Assembly: GCA_039096225.1 (NCBI GenBank) | Contig: JBBPEB010000006.1 | Coordinates: 744,001-808,000, forward strand | Source of the DNA: Blastocystis sp. Blastoise | Taxonomy: Eukaryota; Protista; Bigyra: Opalinata | Length of the DNA: 64,000 bases | Reading direction: 5' to 3' | Shown here: piece by piece, positions 51,883-64,000 of the stretch | Numbering within the stretch: position 1 is the stretch's first letter | How the letters are laid out: each line of letters starts with the position of its first letter | Program-made: the position numbers and the translations under genes | Notes under the pieces: generated by a model | What the model was told of the DNA's origin: nothing | What the model saw: only the letters and a program-made list of their open reading frames with translations | Database searches by the model: none

Positions 51883-53946
51883 AAATAAAATAAAAATAAT
51901 AAAATCAATATATACCATAATAAAATCATGTTCAACGACAAAACCAGTTTTTTTGGCATGTAAAATAAAACGTTTAATCATTTTAGAGACAATAATACGT
52001 TGTTCAGAATCTAAATAAGCACTAGGTTCATCAATTAAATAAATATCCGCAGGTTTACCAAGACATAATGTTAAAGCAACTCGTTGTAATTCACCACCTG
52101 ATAAATATTTTACTTCTTGATCAATAATACCTTCAATATTTAATGGTTTTATTACATCACTATTAAATTGAGGATGTAAAAATGAACCACGTATTTTTGT
52201 CATTAATAAAGCACGAACACTACCTTCAAATTTAGGACTAATTTTTTGTGGTTTATAAGATACAGATAATTGGGGTAATACTATTTCTTTACCAGCTTCT
52301 TCTTCATCACTTTTTAATAAACCAGCTAACATACGAATAAAAGTAGTTTTACCAGTACCATTTTCACCAAGTAATACAATAATTTCAGCTTCACTAAATT
52401 TACCTTCTTGTATACGTAAAGTAAATGTATGACCAGCACTCTTTAATGTTTTAGTCATAGAAGGATAACTATAACGATGATCTTTTTTACCTATTTTTTC
52501 AGCAGTTTGAGCTAATTTAAAATTCATTTCTTCTTCTCTAAATCTTAAATTTTCAGTAGGTACAAAACCAGCTAAGAATATATTAATACCATCACGAACA
52601 CTAAAAGGCATAGTAACTACACCATAAGCACCAGGAACACCATATAAACAACAAATAAAATCAGATAAATAATCTAATACTGATAAATCATGTTCTACAC
52701 AAATAACATATAAACCTTGTTCATAAGTTAATACATTACGTATAATTTGAGCAGCCTTTAATCTTTGTTTAACATCAAGATAAGAAGAAGGTTCATCAAA
52801 CATATATACATTAGCTTCACTTATAGCAACTAAAGCAATAGCAAATCTTTGTAATTCACCACCTGATAATTGATCTAAATCTCTTTCCATTAAATGAGTT
52901 AATTCTAATACTTGAGCAATTTCATCTAAATTACCACGCTTATTCTTAGCATTTAATATCTTACCTACCTATATATATAATAATAAAATATATTAGTATT
53001 TTTTAAAGTATTTATTATTATGAAATAAAAAAATAATAATACAATCCTAACTAATATATAAGATTCTATACTCTTTTTAAAACAAATTTTATTTATATAG
53101 AAAATAAATAAAATAATAGCAAAAGAGATTATTCACAAAGTTATTTTATTTATTTTATTTAATATACATATATATATAATAAAATATATTTATAAATATA
53201 ATATATTTATAATATAATATATTTATAATATATACTTGACCATGAATAGAATGAGGTATAGAATCAACATATTGAGGTTTAGTCATAGCTTTAAGATCTT
53301 CTTCAATAATACGAGTAAAATAATTTTGTAATTCACTACCACGGAAATATTGTAAAATAGTTGTCCAATCAGGAGCATCATTATATCTACCAAGATTAGG
53401 CTTCAGTTTGCCAGCAAGAATCTAAACAATAATAATAGTAATAATTTATTTATTTTATTATAAAATATTTATTAAAAAAAAGAATAGTAAAAATAAAATG
53501 AAGCAATAACAAAAAAAAAAATAAAATAAAAAAAAAATAATAAAAAATAATAAAATAAAATAATAAAAATAAAATAAATATACCTTAAGAGCAGTAGATT
53601 TACCAATACCATTAGTACCAACTAAACCAAGAACTTGACCAGGACGAGGAGTAGGTAATCTGTGAAGTTTGAAAGAGTTAGGACCAAAACGATGAGTAGT
53701 TTCATTGTTTAAAGCTTTAGGAAGATTGATGATATTAATAGCTTCATAAGGACATTTCTTGACACACATACCACAACCAATACATAATTCTTCAGAAATA
53801 AAAGCAATTTTGGATGTATTCTTGACTTCAACGCAAAGCTTACCCATTCTGACAACAGGACATACTTTCTTACATTCAAAAGAACACTTCTTAGGCTTAC
53901 ACTTATCAGCCGATACAATAGCAATACGAGTATTTTGATCAGACAT
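51335..53946 (-). CDS. ABCE1: ABC family E ribosome-recycling ATPase (RNase L inhibitor), 4 exons
   Basis: Fe-S domain CKPKKC...CKKVCP...[12 protein letters not shown]; Walker A motifs GTNGIGKS and GENGTGKT; two LSGGELQR signatures. C-terminus [30 protein letters not shown] at 51335. Confidence 0.98.
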
Positions 53947-54491
53947 ATTGATTTCTTTTGTTTAATAAGAAAATAAAAGAACGAATGACTGACAAAAATA
54001 TATATATTTCTTGCCATTAAATACGGATGGTTGTTTTCTACAAAAGTCCCATACGCTAATGAAGAACCGTGATTAATTTGTTATAGTCTCTACTACTTTT
54101 AAATGAATCAGAATTATTCAAATCTATATTAAGCCAATCATATGAGAATTAATATAGTTTATTCCAATCAATTTCGTTTTAAACATCATTCTTCTTTTTT
54201 CAAGAATCATGAATTTTATTGTGAATATAGACATAGTTGTAATAATTCCCATCGGGACCGTATACTACGGGGTTTCTCATATAAAAAAAAAGAAACGCAG
54301 AAACTATCGACAAATTATGAATATATTATTGAATTCGCGATATTTAATAGAATAAACAAGGAACTATTTTTTTTTTAAAGTTTTGAAATATTTCTTTATT
54401 TTGCTATTTATTATTAGATCTTTTATAAAAATGTATTTATTCATATTTATTTATTGTGAGTAACGTATTTTATATTAAATCTATAGAAAAA
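53947..54491. promoter_or_regulatory. Short bidirectional promoter region between ABCE1 and GCP3
   Basis: Head-to-head ATGs 545 bp apart. CCAATCA at ~54134 and ~54164, a GC-rich patch TTCCCATCGGGACCGTATACTACGGGG at ~54246-54272, and TTCGCGA at ~54334. Confidence 0.45.
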
Positions 54492-58268
<3,777 letters not shown>

Positions 58269-58572
58269 ATCTTGTGTATATCTATTATTTTTATTCATAT
58301 GAACAACCATCATTTGCTCTAAGTATAATATTTTTCTATTTTTTTTATTAAAATATTTTCTTAAATATTTCATCTTTTGATTTTCCACTTTTCTTCATCT
58401 TTATATATTCATTTACTAATACTATTGTTTGTTCATTAAACTTATATCTACGTAATTTATTTAACTATCGTGATACATATGACATCCACTTCTTTCTTAT
58501 AAAAATTATCATCACTATTCTCTTTGATTTATTATATGTATAAAGGATTATGACAATTCTTAAACACTAAAT

Positions 58573-58716
58573 TGGCGTAATTCACACTCAGCATAGTAGA
58601 AGGTGTTTTCTTTAGAGTATGCATAGTAGACCAGGCCAATAGGCGGGTAGCCTATTGGCCATACTATGCTGAGCATGAATTTTTTCGTCATACTATGCTG
58701 AGCATAAATTATCCCA
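58573..58716. mobile_element. 144-bp MITE with 26-bp imperfect TIRs and 8-bp target-site duplication
   Basis: Left end TGGCGTAATTCACACTCAGCATAGTA versus reverse-complemented right end TGGGATAATTTATGCTCAGCATAGTA (21/26 identical). CACTAAAT flanks both sides (58565-58572 and 58717-58724). Internal hairpin GGCCAATAGGC-gggta-GCCTATTGGCC. Confidence 0.85.
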
Positions 58717-58947
58717 CACTAAATATTCGTTTTCACAGGAAAAAACACATGTTTCAGTCATTTTCAGACCAATCTGAAATCATCTGAAAACTGTGTTTGT
58801 GTTTTTTTTAGCTTTTTTCAGATGTAACTTATTTTGAGAGCCATTCGTTAAATATTCGATTCAGAATTTTCAATATTCTATTTAATCTTTTTAACTTTTT
58901 TGCATTTGCAACTCATTAAAACTTCTTGCTAACTTACTTTTTATACA

Positions 58948-60026
58948 ATGGAAGTACATCACGATAAATGCCTGTAATTGATTTTCATCACTTTTACTCA
59001 TTAATTGTATAGTATGTGTAGTCGAACAATAAATGCATGCGATGAATTCTTCTGCTGCAGACATTGCAAACACTACTGTCATAGCGACTGTACACATCAA
59101 GATAAATGCAAAGATAGATCCAATTGGATTTGTAATCATTGTCTAGATGAACAACTTCTTGTTCCTTGCATGTTTTGTGGAAAAGTATATTTTATATTCT
59201 TTTTTTTTAAGGCTATAGTTATTTTTTAAATATAAAAAAAGTTTATATACATAATAATTAAATAATTCATTATAGCCAGATAAAATAAGAAATATGTGGT
59301 TAACAAAGAGTGGTTCTTGTATTCATAATGCTTGTTCTTTATATTATACAGAAAGAAAAGCATTATGTAATGATTGGATATATGTAAATCCTGATTCATT
59401 ATTAGAAGGTTATTGTTGCCATAAACCTGTTTGTGCTATTTGTTTAAAGAAAGAAGAAAATGGATATACTGTTCATGTAGAGTATTTTATTTTTATTTTT
59501 ATTTTTATTTTTATTTTTATTTTTATTATACATTTTTGTTTGTTTATTTATTATTATTATTTCCGCTTTTAATATATATATATATATATATATAGACATA
59601 AAGATGGTAGCCCTTGTACTAATTTTGTTCATCCATGTTGCGTCACCGATGACACACCTTATCAACTCTATGTTGGACTTGATGTATATTTATATATTTT
59701 TATATTTTTATATATTTATATATTTATATATTTATATATTTATATATTCATATATTTAAATATTTATTTATTTATATTTTTATATTTTTATATATTCATA
59801 TATTTAAATATTTATATATTTATATATTTTTATATATTTATATATTTTTATATTTTTATTTTTTCATATTTTTATATTTTTATATTTTTATATTTATATA
59901 TTAGTATAGTTTATTACATATAATAATAATTATTATTCTATATATATAGAATATACCTCATATATTATGTTTAGAACATGATCATATGACTATGCCACAA
60001 CCATTATTTCCTAAATCATTAAAATC

Positions 60027-60117
<91 letters not shown>

Positions 60118-60912
60118 TATAATAATAATAATAAGTATAATGGTTCTATTCAAAATATTTCTACTGCTACTAATTCACCATCACATAAATCTATTTCATC
60201 AGTTTCTACTTCTACTATTTCTGCTACTACTGCTACTTCTACTACAGATGAAAATACAAGTATAAATTCAAATGATAATTCAAATAAAAATGAATCAAGA
60301 AAGAATTCAATAAGTTCTTTTATAAATTGTGAAGATAATAATATTAATCCATTTTCTTTAACTCATAATAATCAGCAAATGTTTCCTAGGTATTGTCATC
60401 TTATCTATGGTCAAGTATTTAATGATACTAGTGATAATAAATATGATAAAAATAGTAAAAAATTAATTGAAAGTAATTTTAACTTAAATTTAACTAAAAC
60501 TAATAGTAAAGAGAATAATAATGATATTATTAATGATAAGAATAATAATGATAATAATAATAAAGAGAATATTGAAAAGCCTATAATGCTTAATTTAAAA
60601 GATTATCCTTCAAGATCATTCTTACCTGGTGATCCACAATTAGAAGAAGTATTTGAAACTATACCTGCTATTCCTACTCAAAAAAGACATATTATTCATT
60701 GTGAATATCCTTCAAATAAAGTAATTGATAATATGCAAACAGTATGTGAACAAGATTCATTTGATCCTACATTATCAAAAGAACCATTATCTATTGAAAA
60801 AATGATTGAAAATTTAGAAAAAATGCAAAAAAATTTAACTACTGCTATGAATATGCAAAAACAATCTGAATCAAATATTAATAATAATAGTAAGATTAAT
60901 AATAATAATAAG

Positions 60913-60946
<34 letters not shown>

Positions 60947-62112
60947 GTAATAAGAATCATGAAATACCACATAATGTGATGGATATGAATACTATTCCAT
61001 CTCTTCCTAATATGGAAGTGAAACATTATACTTCAAAACGTAAAATACATACTAATTCTATTTCAACTGATTCATCGAATTCAAGTATAAATATTAATAA
61101 TAACGATTATAATAATAATACTAGTGAATTATTATATACTTCTACAACAAGTTATAATTCACATTCTTCTTCTTCATCTTCTTCATTATTATCTTCAGAT
61201 AATTCACCTACTGATTCTTCTCTGCCTATATCATCTATATCTTATCCTATTCATACTATAAATAATAATAATAATAATAATACTATAAATAATAATAATA
61301 ATAATAGTAATATTTTTTCATCTCATAATTCTATTCCTGTTATGAATAATAATATAAATAATATTAATACTCTGAATAATAATAATAATAATAATACTAT
61401 AAATTATAATAATAATAATAATAATAATACTCTTAATAATATTAATACTCTTAATAATATTAATACTCTTAATAATAATAATATTCTAAATAATAATAAT
61501 AATACTCTTAATAATAATAATATTCTAAATAATAATAATAATAATAATAATAATATTCTAAATAATAATAATAATAATAATAATACTCTCTCATCTTATG
61601 ATCCTACAATTCAAGAAGATAATTATAATCATTATAGTGATACTATTATTGATTATAATCCAGATACTATTCATTTATTATTTCAAGCTGATATATATTG
61701 TTTTGAGTTATATTTTAATCAATTTTTATATACTTTACCAGAGCCACAAATAATTACTCAACAATTATTTAATGAACAATTAAAATTATGGTTATTATAT
61801 AGTATACAAGATAAATGGATGTATTATTCACAATATTCAGGAAAATCATTACCCTTTACTATATTACAAAATGAATCTTTATTTAGAGAACAATTATATA
61901 AAACTTATTATTCACATTTTGAATTTCAACGACAATTATTATCTATCAATAAACCAAATGAATATAAACAATATATAAATGGTATTATACCTATTCTAGC
62001 TAAAGAAGAATATGGTGATATTCATGTAAATTTATTAGGTATAGGTGATTTCTTATTACAACTTATTCATTCTATTACAACTATTAATCAAAATAATACT
62101 GAAATGGTATAA
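58948..62112 (+). CDS. PZP-type (PHD, Zn knuckle, extended PHD) chromatin-reader protein with Asn-rich tail
   Basis: Splicing 58974..59012 gives MEVHHDKCLMC...CRHCKHYCHSDC...WICNHC (PHD). This is followed by CMFC...IHNAC, CAIC...GYTVHC...CTNFVHPCC...LCLEH (ePHD), the AF10/JADE/BRPF-like layout. The 3' end may continue past a GTATAA donor at ~62107. Confidence 0.8.
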
Positions 62113-62891
62113 ATAATATATATATATTTTTTTATTGTGATTATTCTTTTTATAATATTATGTTATTATATATATATATATATTTATCATTTGTTCATTA
62201 TCATTTTTAATTGTAACTTATATTTTATTATTTTGTTATGAATTTATATATATATATATTTAATATTTTTATAATGCTTTTGCTTTCATTTATGTTTCTA
62301 TTTATATTCATGTAAACAAATATTAATTTTTTTTTTCTTACAGTATCATTCTAAAATATATTTGTTTTGTAATTTTTTTTACATATTCAAAATTTGAAAA
62401 AAAAATACATTATTATTAAAACGAGATTCTACTTTTATAATATATTAGACATACTATATTATGTATATGCATATATCAATAATATATAAATAGATTTTTA
62501 AAATATATCTCATTGTATTCAAAAGCATAAATATATGTATATATATATAGGTAGTATTGAAATTTGAAGACATTACAAAGAAAAACAATTAATTATTTAA
62601 AATATGAAAACAAATATATCTTATTATTTATGATAAAAACAAAGTTGATTAAGTCTATTCATTTATAGATAACATATATATCCTAAAAGTAAATAAATAA
62701 ATGATAAAAAAAAAGGCTATATTAATCAACTTTTAAAAATAAAAAAAGTAGAAAAAAAGTATTATCAACATTATAAGAAAGAAAACAAATACATATAAAC
62801 AAATAGTCATAAAAGAAATATATATATATAAATTATTTTTCCAAACATAATAATAATAATATAGGACATATATTTACATATTAAAAGAGTA

Positions 62892-64000
<1,109 letters not shown>

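Overview
This is very AT-rich (roughly 20% GC by eye), intron-dense eukaryotic nuclear DNA. The gene families present (BTB/TLDc paralogues, a giant Ig/discoidin/HRM surface protein, a bacterial-type Rid protein with an organellar presequence) are most consistent with a Blastocystis-like gut stramenopile, but that assignment is inference only. From left to right the window holds: the 5' part of an apparently intact Tc1 (DD34E) transposon missed by the ORF track; a BTB-TLDc / BTB / BTB-TLDc cluster; a RidA-family gene; two tRNA-Asp(GTC) genes; an ~11-kb Asn-rich gene; NOT4; an ~2,600-aa type-I surface protein; an Asteroid/XPG-like PIN gene; a GH38 alpha-mannosidase with an unusual insertion; ABCE1/RLI1 divergent from GCP3/Spc98; a 144-bp MITE with an 8-bp TSD; a PZP (PHD-Zn knuckle-ePHD) gene; and the 3' end of another Asn-rich gene. 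Two window-wide signals stand out. First, introns typically start GTATATA and end TATATAG, so their ends are self-complementary (TA)n tracts and many lack a polypyrimidine tract. Second, a GC-rich palindrome, TTCCC-NN-GGGAA, recurs inside coding exons using rare codons, far above a rough chance estimate. Exon boundaries were read by eye and are approximate unless stated. Most small ORFs in the supplied track are microsatellite or antisense artefacts.
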